Below, piece after piece: positions 54,541-64,000 of a DNA stretch of 64,000 nucleotides. A model generated the notes under the pieces. That model was not told where the DNA came from. It made no database searches and worked only from the letters and a program-made list of their open reading frames with translations. Where the stretch lies: positions 1 through 64,000 of the forward strand of contig JARQWU010000026.1 in NCBI GenBank assembly GCA_040182905.1. The letters run 5' to 3'. This DNA is from Barthelona sp. PAP020 (lineage: Eukaryota). The position numbers and the translations under genes were made by a program. Each line of letters opens with the position of its first letter. Within the stretch, counting starts at the first letter, position 1.

Positions 54541-57300
54541 TCAAATATTTTTATAATATGCATCAATCACTGAACGAAACAAAGGTCCTTTCTCAGGAGA
54601 TGCTGGTAAAAATGGTCTAACTGGTCTGTCTAAAGCACGCAATGATTTAATCCAAGTTGCTTCTGCATGTGTTTCAACTTTTTTTAGATCAATTCCATGA
54701 TCTGGTTTGGTCCAAATATTTGGTTTGACTTTTTTCGTTTTATTCAACTGATTTCTAACAGTTCTTCTCTTTTTTTTTAAAGATTTTCTTTTTGTTTTTG
54801 TTCCTTTATGAAAGCTGTCCACATGATTTTGTTCATCCACTTCATCATCATTGTCATAAACATAATCTTCATCATCATCTTCATAATATTCCACCATATT
54901 GTTTTCTTCTTCTATTTCTTCATCCATTTCATTTGGAACTATCTCATCATTTTCAACAAATACATGTTTCTGCAATCGGTAACAGGGTGGATCTTCATAA
55001 GTGTGTTCAAAATACCTGCAACTTTTACCAGCATTTGAATTGTATAATGGATCATTTTGTGGCAATAAACCGGGATGAAAAGAACATTCATTTGAGTTTG
55101 GATTGTCACAACGAGCACATGCATCGAAATGTCTATTTCTTGATGGTTTATTACTTTCTATATTTTTTACTGAAGCTTTTACACTATTTAACAAATTATC
55201 GCATTCAGAAATGATTTTTTTTGTTTCAATTTCATTGTCTTTGATATTCCAATCAGTAGCAGTAGCATAAAAACCATAATGATCATCATCACTAAAGCTA
55301 TCTGAAGCTTGATCATATTTATGCTGATTTGTAGCTGTTTTGAAAGATTCGCATTGACTCTTTTCATCTTGGCTTGTGCCATAATCAAAATTCACTGAAT
55401 TATTATACATTTGCGTTGTTTGCGTTTTGCCACCATTGCTTTGAATATCTTCCTTCTCCTGGAATGATTCATTTACATTCAACCCCTTTGTTCCATCAAG
55501 ATTAGGATCAACTTTTGTGTTGGTTTCCTTATCGGCTTCAAACAAATAAGCTATTGAAGTGCTATTTTCAATATTTGAAGAATCATTTTTGTTGGATGAA
55601 AAAATTTGCCCTTCATCAAAGAAATTGTGCTGATGTTGCTGTGTATTATCAAGACTTTCAACATTTTCAATGTGCGTTTGATCATCGAAAACTTCATGTT
55701 TCACTTCACGTTTTGATTTACCATGTAAAACATCCAAATTAACACCCATTGATTTTAAAAGACTTTCATACTGTTGAATTTTCTTGAGCATCTCAGTTTC
55801 AACACGTTGTTTGTCAAGATATAAAGAATCAATTTCTTTAGCAGCTTTAGAAGTTATCTCTTGTACAGATTGATCAAGAATATTTTGCAATTCTTTTGAA
55901 TCAACTCGAGCTTGTTGCAATTCAATATCAAATTTATTCTTAAGTTCAATTATCTCTTGATGATGTTTGTTTTCAATTTTTTCACATGTTTTGAAATGAT
56001 CATCATTTGTCAAGTCAATCTTTGAGCTTAATCTGGTGTTTTGTTCTTTTAATTTATCATTTTCTTTCTTCATTTCATGTATTATATCCTTATATTTCTC
56101 AACATCAACAGCAACAGAACCATAAGTATTTTCTCTCTCTTGTTCAATCAAAAGATTTCGATCCTTTTTGAAAGCATCAAGTGTTTCCATGTGAGCTTCC
56201 TTTATTTGTTGAATTTGAATCTCATAAAAATTGTGGATTTTTTCTTCTTGCTGTTTAGATGCTTTCAATTCATTTTGAAGTCTAGTTATTTCATTCTTAA
56301 GTTCAGTTACAATTGTATCATGAAGTTTTACAGTTTTTTCATGGTCAATTGCATTTTGTTCCTCAAAACTTTTCAAATTATTTTGTAAGATTTTTGTAAT
56401 TTTTCCTTCTAAATCTGAATATTTGGCCTGTTCTTTGGTTAATTGGAATTTTAACTCATCAATAGTACGAGCAAAATCCTGTATTTCATGTTCATTGAAT
56501 CCTTGGGTTTTTTCTGACTCAATATCATGTTTACTACTCATATTAAGGGTTTTAAATTTTGTTTTTAATTTGCTATCCTCATTTATTTTGGGGTTTTTTT
56601 CAAAAGTAGAAAATCTATAATCAGATGCATCAAAACTCACTGGTACCAAATGTTGATGACAATATGGACATGTTGTCATTGATTTTTTGCTTACTTCCTC
56701 AACATTATCAAATTGGGTGCCTTCTAACAACTCATATAACGAAGGAGATTCTTTTATTAATGGAATTTCTGGTATTTTAAATGATTCTATGTTAATATCA
56801 AGATATTCTTTGGAAGAACTTATCCTTTGATGTAAAGTTGTTAGTTTCATTGATAATTGTTTAACAGAATCAAAATATTGTTCAATTTTGGTTCCAATAT
56901 TTGCTAAATACTCATCAGAAATCTCACGTGCAAAATTATGCTCTTGTTCATAAAATTCAATCAACCTTTCATATTCTTTCTTCGCATTTAACATATTTTC
57001 AGCCAAAGAATTCCTTAAAAAAGATAGTTCAAGCAATTTTTGTTGTCTATATAAATCTTGTTTGCTTTCAACATCAACGATTTCTTGCATGTTAATATTC
57101 ATTCGATTTTTATTCACGTTTGTTATCGGTTTTAATTTAACCGATGGTTCTATAAACTTTGATTCGAGTGATTCTCTCATATCTTTATCATCATCAGAAA
57201 TTTCAATTATGTTTGGCAAATTGACTTTTTTTAACATATCCCTTCGTTTTGCCCAAAATTCATTTGAATTTGAGACTCCAATATCAGATTTCAACTTCAT
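54541..57300 (-). CDS. Long coiled-coil protein with Cys/His clusters and an acidic then basic C-terminal region
   Basis: About 920-aa ORF, first ATG at 57300. Heptad repeats, CPYC, and CARCDNPNSNECSFHPG..C..C..H. Confidence 0.85.
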   Translation of the reverse strand: MKLKSDIGVSNSNEFWAKRRDMLKKVNLPNIIEISDDDKDMRESLESKFIEPSVKLKPITNVNKNRMNINMQEIVDVESKQDLYRQQKLLELSFLRNSLAENMLNAKKEYERLIEFYEQEHNFAREISDEYLANIGTKIEQYFDSVKQLSMKLTTLHQRISSSKEYLDINIESFKIPEIPLIKESPSLYELLEGTQFDNVEEVSKKSMTTCPYCHQHLVPVSFDASDYRFSTFEKNPKINEDSKLKTKFKTLNMSSKHDIESEKTQGFNEHEIQDFARTIDELKFQLTKEQAKYSDLEGKITKILQNNLKSFEEQNAIDHEKTVKLHDTIVTELKNEITRLQNELKASKQQEEKIHNFYEIQIQQIKEAHMETLDAFKKDRNLLIEQERENTYGSVAVDVEKYKDIIHEMKKENDKLKEQNTRLSSKIDLTNDDHFKTCEKIENKHHQEIIELKNKFDIELQQARVDSKELQNILDQSVQEITSKAAKEIDSLYLDKQRVETEMLKKIQQYESLLKSMGVNLDVLHGKSKREVKHEVFDDQTHIENVESLDNTQQHQHNFFDEGQIFSSNKNDSSNIENSTSIAYLFEADKETNTKVDPNLDGTKGLNVNESFQEKEDIQSNGGKTQTTQMYNNSVNFDYGTSQDEKSQCESFKTATNQHKYDQASDSFSDDDHYGFYATATDWNIKDNEIETKKIISECDNLLNSVKASVKNIESNKPSRNRHFDACARCDNPNSNECSFHPGLLPQNDPLYNSNAGKSCRYFEHTYEDPPCYRLQKHVFVENDEIVPNEMDEEIEEENNMVEYYEDDDEDYVYDNDDEVDEQNHVDSFHKGTKTKRKSLKKKRRTVRNQLNKTKKVKPNIWTKPDHGIDLKKVETHAEATWIKSLRALDRPVRPFLPASPEKGPLFRSVIDAYYKNI

Positions 57301-57738
57301 TAAAAAAAGAAAAAAAGACCTTTTCCGCCAAATCAATTCAAGTTTCAATTCATTTGGAGTGTTAACATATTTCTCAATTGTGAAGCTTTTATTGTAAAAA
57401 AGACAACTCCTTGAATATTATCAAAGTTGACTCAATTGTTTTCACTTCTTTATCGTTCCTTGATGAAAATCTTCAAAAACAATTAGAGCTTGGGTAAAAT
57501 TCTGAAAAAAATTCAGGAACCTACTGTGATGCTTTTCCTCAGAGAGGAAGATATTTTCTTATTAGCAAGTTTCCCATAATTTCCTTTAATAATTTGAAAC
57601 ATTGCACTATATATTGATCTTAAATGAATTTACATGTATTAAATGATTTTTTCTCTCTTTTTTCAAAATTTGGCAAAAAAAGACAAAAACCTTCAAAAAA
57701 AAAAAAAACATTTATTCAATAATACAAAACCTCTGATG

Positions 57739-58653
57739 TTATTCAGACACAATTTCTTTTGAATTTAGTTCTTCAAAATTTGAGGATAAATTTGAATCTT
57801 GATTGGTTTCAAATCTCTCGGAAGATTGGGTGAGAATTCTTTTGTTAAACAAATATTTTTCTTTTCCAAGGCTGTCTGAAAAATCTAAAGCACCTTTAGG
57901 ACAAATGTGGCAACATCCATAACACTTTACACACAAATTTTGGTCATAGTCAAGTGTAATCACACCATCAACTTCTTCAACAGACTTAATAGCATTTACA
58001 GGACAATAGTTAACACAAGATTGACACAATATACAAGATTCAGGATTAATCCTCAAATTTCTTCCGGATTTTAACATCCAAGGAAATACAATTGAACCAA
58101 TAAATCCGGCAAATATGCTACTGTTAGAAACACCAACAGTTTCATGCTTTTCAATATTCTCCAAGCAATTGTTAACAAAACTTTCCAAGTGTTCAAAACT
58201 CTCCAAAGGCCATAAATGTTTTCTTTGACCAATAGGCTTACCGAATGGTGGATAATTGGGAGGTCCTTGAATATCAGTTGATCCAACACACAAACCTCCA
58301 AGTTTATTGATGAGTTTGGCGATGTTTTTATTGGTTTTTCCATAAGCACCTGCATGAGTTGAGAAAACAAAATAAAATTTATTTGCAAACGTGTTTGAAG
58401 GAAGTGAATTCAAAAAATCAAGGAAAAACTGAGGGGGAGCAAAACTCCAAGTGGGTGAACCAATACCAAAACAATCATAATCTTTCCAACTTTCAAAATC
58501 TACTGAACATTTTTCGTCGAGAATATTCTTGTTTTCAACTCTCCAATCAAACACATCTACTTGATGATTTTTTGTTTTTAATATTTCCCCAATTCTTCTT
58601 GACACTTCTTTGGTGTTTCCAGTTGTTGAGTAATAAATTAATAAGAATTTCAT
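57739..58653 (-). CDS. Flavodoxin-fold + 2x[4Fe-4S] ferredoxin fusion (EFR1-type)
   Basis: FMN loop YYSTTGNTKEV and GIGSPTW. Two CxxCxxCxxxCP motifs: CILCQSCVNYCP and CVKCYGCCHICP. Confidence 0.92.
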   Translation of the reverse strand: MKFLLIYYSTTGNTKEVSRRIGEILKTKNHQVDVFDWRVENKNILDEKCSVDFESWKDYDCFGIGSPTWSFAPPQFFLDFLNSLPSNTFANKFYFVFSTHAGAYGKTNKNIAKLINKLGGLCVGSTDIQGPPNYPPFGKPIGQRKHLWPLESFEHLESFVNNCLENIEKHETVGVSNSSIFAGFIGSIVFPWMLKSGRNLRINPESCILCQSCVNYCPVNAIKSVEEVDGVITLDYDQNLCVKCYGCCHICPKGALDFSDSLGKEKYLFNKRILTQSSERFETNQDSNLSSNFEELNSKEIVSE

Positions 58654-58815
58654 GATCAATTATTAAAAAAAGAAAAATATTGTAAAATTCTTGCATTCTA
58701 AACATCAAACTAAAAGATGTAAAAAACGGAAAATTAACAATTTTCAGCTTGAAAAGTGAATAATTCAATTAATAAATAAATAAAAAACATATTTATGAGG
58801 GAATCTTAACATTGA

Positions 58816-60192
58816 TTAATCTGGCCAATCATCAAGGTCTAATTCCATACCACCGAAATCATCATCTAAAGTGTTGTCAACAATTTCAATATCACCAAAA
58901 TCAAAATCATCTGCCAAAGTATCAAAATCAATTTTTGTTGAAATATTGTTATCATCAACAGGTGTGCCAAGATTTTGTTTAACTGTGCTCAATTGATTTG
59001 ATTTTATTGATTTTTTCAGATTTATTGTGAAAAGAATATCTTTTGACAATTGTTCTTTTTGATACAAATTTTCAAATTTATCAATTGTTTCATCAATTAT
59101 TGATTCCAACAATCGTTTTGGAAACCTATTAAATGTGTCATTTATCAAATTTATTTGATTTGAAAAATTCTCAAAAAACAAACAATTCAACCAAAAGTTT
59201 TGAAATATTTTCTGATCTTCATTATTCAACACAGAAGGATCACATACAGAAAATAATTTGAATAATAAAAATATATATGTTTTCGTTTCTATTTGTGAGC
59301 AATATTCTTTACAATAACTAAAAATTTTGTTGAAATATTCAATATTTACATTATATAATAAATAATGCAATATTCTAATATCTATAACCGAATGTTTACG
59401 TTGAAAAATCATCAAAATGACATTCTGAATGTCAAAATGAATATTTAAATCATTAATATCAACCAAATAGGTCACAGGAACCTTATTGCGATCAAACAAT
59501 AGTTCCAATTGATGTTTATTTTGAAAAGAAGGAATCATCAAATGTTTGTCATTTACAACATTTATTTTCTCATTATTTCCTTGTTTTTTTAACAATTGAT
59601 AAAGTCTCCAAGCCAAACCATACCTTAATGATCGCATATGGGAATGAATTTGTTCTAAGATGCTGTCTCCAATTGGATTGGGCGTTTTGATCAATCCACT
59701 CCACAAACACAAATTACTTCGGTATATTAAAGGATCTTCTTGATCTCTGATAAAATTTGACAAAAAAATACCAATAAAAATGGAAATACAATTTCTTAAT
59801 TCACTTAAAATATTGGTATATAAACCAGTTTGATAATCATTTTGCAAAGAATTAACATAAATTATCGATTTTTGTAATTTTTTAATCATAACATCCAACA
59901 TTTTTATACAATCATTCAAAGAAACTTTTCTTTTATCAAACACAATCAAAGATATATTTAACAAACATTCTAAATGTATTGAAATATTTAAAATGTTCTC
60001 CTCATTCTTTGAAATTGAATTTGACATTGAAAGCAATCGTTCGTTCAATTCATACCACAAATTCAAATCACAAACATTTAATTTTGTAAAATCAAGAATC
60101 TCCATTTCAATAAGAGAGACTAAAAATGACAAAACACAAACAAAATGAAAAAGTTCTTTCTGAAGAATAATTTTTTTTTGTGTTTCTGACAT
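58816..60192 (-). CDS. Hypothetical helical protein with acidic C-terminal tail (..DDDWPD)
   Basis: ORF of more than 420 codons; start is either ATG 60192 or ATG 60105. Confidence 0.75.
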   Translation of the reverse strand: MSETQKKIILQKELFHFVCVLSFLVSLIEMEILDFTKLNVCDLNLWYELNERLLSMSNSISKNEENILNISIHLECLLNISLIVFDKRKVSLNDCIKMLDVMIKKLQKSIIYVNSLQNDYQTGLYTNILSELRNCISIFIGIFLSNFIRDQEDPLIYRSNLCLWSGLIKTPNPIGDSILEQIHSHMRSLRYGLAWRLYQLLKKQGNNEKINVVNDKHLMIPSFQNKHQLELLFDRNKVPVTYLVDINDLNIHFDIQNVILMIFQRKHSVIDIRILHYLLYNVNIEYFNKIFSYCKEYCSQIETKTYIFLLFKLFSVCDPSVLNNEDQKIFQNFWLNCLFFENFSNQINLINDTFNRFPKRLLESIIDETIDKFENLYQKEQLSKDILFTINLKKSIKSNQLSTVKQNLGTPVDDNNISTKIDFDTLADDFDFGDIEIVDNTLDDDFGGMELDLDDWPD

Positions 60193-61300
60193 GTTAAATG
60201 GTAGTTTAGACAAAGATGCACATAATAGAATTCCATTACTTAAAGATGATGATTTTTTAAGCACTCTTATTTCAACGAAAGCAGCAAAACTTATTCAGCC
60301 GAATAAATTTTCTTTTGGAATTGTTGTTGCTAATTTTGACAACCATAAAGGACCAACATTACAATATCAAAAAAATTGTGATTCTTTTGGGGAATTGAAT
60401 GGGATTGAATCCATTTTAATATCTTCAATTTTTCAAAATAGCAGAGTTGGATTTACTTTAGCGACATTTGATACTGTTTTACAGGGTAGAATTTTTGTTT
60501 TAATTCGATATAATTCTTGGCCTGATTCTAACAATGAACGAAATGTTTCAATTGTGTCTGTTGGTATTATTTCAACTTTTATACCACCATTGGCATCTAT
60601 ATATCATATTCTCAAAGAACAACCGGAAAAATTTGCTTTGGATTCTTCATTATTGGACAATTTTTTTTCAATCTGCCAACAAGAAATAAATGTTGCAATA
60701 CCTAATCCTTTATTGTCAGAAGTTAATGTATTTTCACCAGGTATTACTCGAAGGATGGTTCAATCTTTATTGTTGTCACAAAGTGTAGTAATTTGTTCTT
60801 CGCAGAATCCCTTTGATTTGAGCATTTTAGTTTATCAAATCGCTGTTGTAACAAACACCAAGCCTTTGTTTATATTATCTCATTTCGATGTCCCTATCAT
60901 TTCCACCATAAAAGAGCCATTTATTGCATTTACCAATGATCGAACACTTGCAATGGAAATTTCAAACGCATGTTCTGGTGCTATTTATGTTTCATCGGAA
61001 GTCTATCAGCCAACAATTACTTTGAAAGGAGGGTTAATATCAGAACTTGAAAACAGTGTCAATGAACATTTTACAGAAAAATTACATTCCCAAAATAAAA
61101 ACAATTCACAGTCTATGATAAATTTGACCCAAATATATTTGAAACAGATTTTGGATCTTTCTCAAAGCCACACAAAAATTAAATTTAGTGATGTTAGAGA
61201 GCTTTATAATTGGGATAAAACCGATTATTTTGTTTTCAAATGTTTGTGTCGTGAACATGAATTGGAGGTTGAGTTTTTTTGCTTTGATTGTTGTTGTTGA
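60191..61300 (+). CDS. DENN-domain protein, DENND11/LCHN-like
   Basis: uDENN start GIVVANFDNHKGPTLQY. ERNVSIVSVGII resembles ERGARMKSVGIL. Cys-rich C-terminus CFDCCC. Confidence 0.6.
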   Translation: MLNGSLDKDAHNRIPLLKDDDFLSTLISTKAAKLIQPNKFSFGIVVANFDNHKGPTLQYQKNCDSFGELNGIESILISSIFQNSRVGFTLATFDTVLQGRIFVLIRYNSWPDSNNERNVSIVSVGIISTFIPPLASIYHILKEQPEKFALDSSLLDNFFSICQQEINVAIPNPLLSEVNVFSPGITRRMVQSLLLSQSVVICSSQNPFDLSILVYQIAVVTNTKPLFILSHFDVPIISTIKEPFIAFTNDRTLAMEISNACSGAIYVSSEVYQPTITLKGGLISELENSVNEHFTEKLHSQNKNNSQSMINLTQIYLKQILDLSQSHTKIKFSDVRELYNWDKTDYFVFKCLCREHELEVEFFCFDCCC

Positions 61301-61515
61301 TATTTTTTCTTATTTAAATAAATTGTTTGTTTTTTTTTTTTTTTGATTTGATAATTTATTTGTTTGAATTAACTGATTGTTTTTGTAATTTTTGAAAAAA
61401 AGAAAAAAAATCAAATCTTTTAAAAAAGAAAGGAGATTTGACATTTGCAAAAGTCCAGATACTTTTGTGTGAATCTCATATAAATCAGCAACAAAATTCT
61501 TCCTGTTTTTTATAC

Positions 61516-63516
61516 ATGGATAATAATAAGCTACCAATTACTGAACAATCGAATCCATTGACCATTAATATTGATTTGCAAGACTCACTTGGAATATTGA
61601 GAAATTTACGACAAGTTGACAACCAGATATTTGTTGGTTACGATACATATCCTTCATTATTAGAAACAAGTTCAATCGATAAAATTGAAGAATTATCCAA
61701 ATTGTTGTTGTCTGTTTTGAATTCAAATGATGGACTCATTATTTTTTCAGGTGCTGGAACATCAGGACGTTTGGGTGCTCTATGTACATCTTTGTACAAC
61801 GAAAAATTAATTAAAATGAATAGAAGACCTTGTTTCAAATTTATTTTAGCTGGAGGTCCTAAAGCTTTGGTGAAAGCTCAAGAAGGTGCTGAAGACAGTT
61901 CAGAGTTAGCTATTGGTGATATTGAACAAATCTTAACAAAATATCAACCCTCTAAATTGATGTTTATTGGTATTACTTGTGGATTTTCTGCAAATTATAT
62001 AGCTTCGCAAATGGAATATTTATTGAAGAATACTCCCCATGATGTTGTTTTGATGGGATTCAATCCCATTGAAAAGGCAAGAAATTTCAAACAAAAATGT
62101 TTGAACAATCGATCTTTTAAAGATGTTTTAGATGAATGTCTTGAATACAATAAATTTCATGTGCTAAATCCAATTGTTGGACCAGAAGCTATTACTGGTT
62201 CAACTAGAATGAAATCAGGTACAATCACGAAAATTCTTTGTGATTTAATTTTTCACAAAGCTTTATATCCTTCTATGGCCATACGTCAAGCTGTTAATCA
62301 TTATCGTCGAGCGGTTGATTGTGCTTATTCTAATTTGCCTGCATTGGCTTCTATTATTGATTCAGTATCAACAGCTATTATTCATGGAGAACGTTTATTT
62401 TATGTCGGTTCAGGTGTTGCTGGAGCATTAGGATTAATTGATGCCAGTGAATGTCCTCCTACATTTGGTGCTGATTTTAATACCGTCAGAGGATTTGTTG
62501 AAGGTGGATGGGAGATTTATAGAACTTCTGGTACTGATGATGTTTTGGGGTTGTCTTCTGAAGGGAACCTTTTTGAAATCAGTTTGAGTGGATTTTGTGA
62601 TTTAATTGAACGCTCTGGTTTAACACAAAAAGATACAGTTGTGTTTTTGGCGTTGAATGCATTAACTCCACGTCAAGTTGAATTGCAAAAACTGTTAGCT
62701 GAAATGTCAGTTTTATCCTACACCATCATTGTGACTGATCGTATGGTTGTGGAAGAAAATAGTGGCAATTCTTCAGATATTGAGGACATCTTTTATGAAA
62801 AGCCAGTTGATGAAATGGAAAAAATTCAAACAAACTGTTTTATTCCAAAGGAAAAAAATTTTTGGGTACCTGTGGATCGTTTTGTTACATATGATGATTA
62901 TGTTGCTCGTGTTACTGAAGCGAAACCATATTTGCCAAAAATGAGATCTGCAAATATTGATGAAATTCCCAGTTTGTTTGATTGGGAGATGTTAGTTGAT
63001 GATAACAATGAAAATGCGTTTGTTTCTAGTTTACCTACTTCCAATCATATCATAGAATCACATTATGATTGTCAAACATGTTCAACTCTTGTTTTGCAAT
63101 TACCTTTGGCTGGTTTTACCAATGGTTCCACTGAATTTGCTCAAATTGCGCTAAAATTGGTGTTAAATGCTATCACAACTTCATCATTTGTGTTGACTGG
63201 GAAGGTATTCAGAAATCTGATGGTAGATCTTAGAGTTTCCAATGCAAAGCTCTTTCAAAGATCCATCAATATTATTTCTGCTGTTACTCATGAATCTAAA
63301 GAAAAGTCCAAAGACTTGCTTTTGAAATCAATTTACAGAAGAAACAACTACCCAGATTTACCTGTAAATGGATATGTTGATGCTGCTGCTGATGTTACAA
63401 AGATTATTCCTGTTGCTTTATTGTTATCAACAGGAAAATTTGATGTATGGCAGGCTGTTGATGCACTACAAGGAAATCCTATTGTAAGAAGTGTTGTAAT
63501 AGCCCATTTGGAATGA
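61516..63516 (+). CDS. Double-SIS protein, glucokinase regulatory protein (GKRP)/MurQ etherase family
   Basis: LPITEQSNPLT, SGAGTSGRLG, QEGAED, GFNP, GPEAITGSTRMKSGT, DASECPPTFG, GKVFRNLMVDLRVSNAKLFQRS. Confidence 0.9.
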   Translation: MDNNKLPITEQSNPLTINIDLQDSLGILRNLRQVDNQIFVGYDTYPSLLETSSIDKIEELSKLLLSVLNSNDGLIIFSGAGTSGRLGALCTSLYNEKLIKMNRRPCFKFILAGGPKALVKAQEGAEDSSELAIGDIEQILTKYQPSKLMFIGITCGFSANYIASQMEYLLKNTPHDVVLMGFNPIEKARNFKQKCLNNRSFKDVLDECLEYNKFHVLNPIVGPEAITGSTRMKSGTITKILCDLIFHKALYPSMAIRQAVNHYRRAVDCAYSNLPALASIIDSVSTAIIHGERLFYVGSGVAGALGLIDASECPPTFGADFNTVRGFVEGGWEIYRTSGTDDVLGLSSEGNLFEISLSGFCDLIERSGLTQKDTVVFLALNALTPRQVELQKLLAEMSVLSYTIIVTDRMVVEENSGNSSDIEDIFYEKPVDEMEKIQTNCFIPKEKNFWVPVDRFVTYDDYVARVTEAKPYLPKMRSANIDEIPSLFDWEMLVDDNNENAFVSSLPTSNHIIESHYDCQTCSTLVLQLPLAGFTNGSTEFAQIALKLVLNAITTSSFVLTGKVFRNLMVDLRVSNAKLFQRSINIISAVTHESKEKSKDLLLKSIYRRNNYPDLPVNGYVDAAADVTKIIPVALLLSTGKFDVWQAVDALQGNPIVRSVVIAHLE

Positions 63517-63663
63517 AATATTATTTACCAAAAGAAAGAATGGAAAAAAAACAGATAATAAAACAATTTATAGGAAACAAAAAGCTCATACTTTTCGGTA
63601 AACAAAACTCAAATTTTTTATTTATTCAACTTTGTTCATCGTTGAAAATTTTGGACTTGAAAA

Positions 63664-64000
63664 TCAAATCACATCATTGTCAACATCATCACTCTTTGCT
63701 TTTGTCCCTTCAGGACTGGATATTGGTGACAATTTTGTTTTATTGACATCAGTGGCCATTATTAAAATGGGTTGTTCTTCTGTTTTCATATCAAATGAAT
63801 CATGTTCCTCTGTAAAATTGTCCTCTACCTTTGCTATAGTGTTTAAATTGCATGAAAAATCATTAAAAAACGAAAAACTAGAAGAAGAAGATGATGATGA
63901 TGATGAACCAGAAGACGATACAGATGAAGAAGAGGAAATGGTAGAATCTAAAAAAGAGGGTGATACACTGTTCGTTTTATTGCTATTATCTGTATTTAAC
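63664..64000 (-). CDS. 3' end of a Ser-rich protein; 5' part lies outside the window
   Basis: Open frame from the right edge (LNTDNSNKTNSVSPSFLDSTISSSSSVSSSGSSSSSSSSSS...DVDNDVI) to TGA at 63666-63664. Confidence 0.7.
   Translation of the reverse strand, partial: LNTDNSNKTNSVSPSFLDSTISSSSSVSSSGSSSSSSSSSSFSFFNDFSCNLNTIAKVEDNFTEEHDSFDMKTEEQPILIMATDVNKTKLSPISSPEGTKAKSDDVDNDVI

Noticed and set aside
13151..58731. AAACGGAA motif upstream of two minus-strand genes (about 13151 and 58724)
   Set aside because: Too few occurrences to separate from chance in AT-rich DNA.
13635..61300. Apparent clustering of membrane-trafficking genes (ChAPs, MON1, hSac2, DENN)
   Set aside because: They are interspersed with unrelated genes on both strands; trafficking genes are numerous enough for chance co-occurrence.

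Overview
AT-rich, gene-dense, intron-poor nuclear DNA from a eukaryotic microbe using the standard genetic code. It has very short GT-AG introns (30-41 nt) and a bacterial-type flavodoxin-ferredoxin, which suggests an anaerobic or microaerophilic bacterivorous protist (inference; the lineage cannot be fixed from sequence alone). About 22 protein genes are present. Housekeeping calls: ChAPs/exomer-like, MON1, UCH37-like, Ist3/RBMX2, BTB-BACK-MATH, hSac2/TPRG1-like, DENND11-like, GKRP/MurQ-like. There is also an intronless 6,718-aa surface protein and several orphans. The most interesting material is a set of candidate innate-immunity/cell-death modules: (i) an MLKL-like helical N-terminus + kinase + near-identical ankyrin array, missed by the ORF track because it runs off the left edge; (ii) a related degenerate kinase-coiled-coil-WD40 gene and a pseudogenised paralog; (iii) a Schlafen/AlbA_2 nuclease fused to an NB-ARC-type STAND NTPase with no sensor repeats. 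There is also a ~315-nt intergenic element rich in hairpins that looks like an unassigned structured RNA. All family calls come from motif recognition by eye; no database searches were run.
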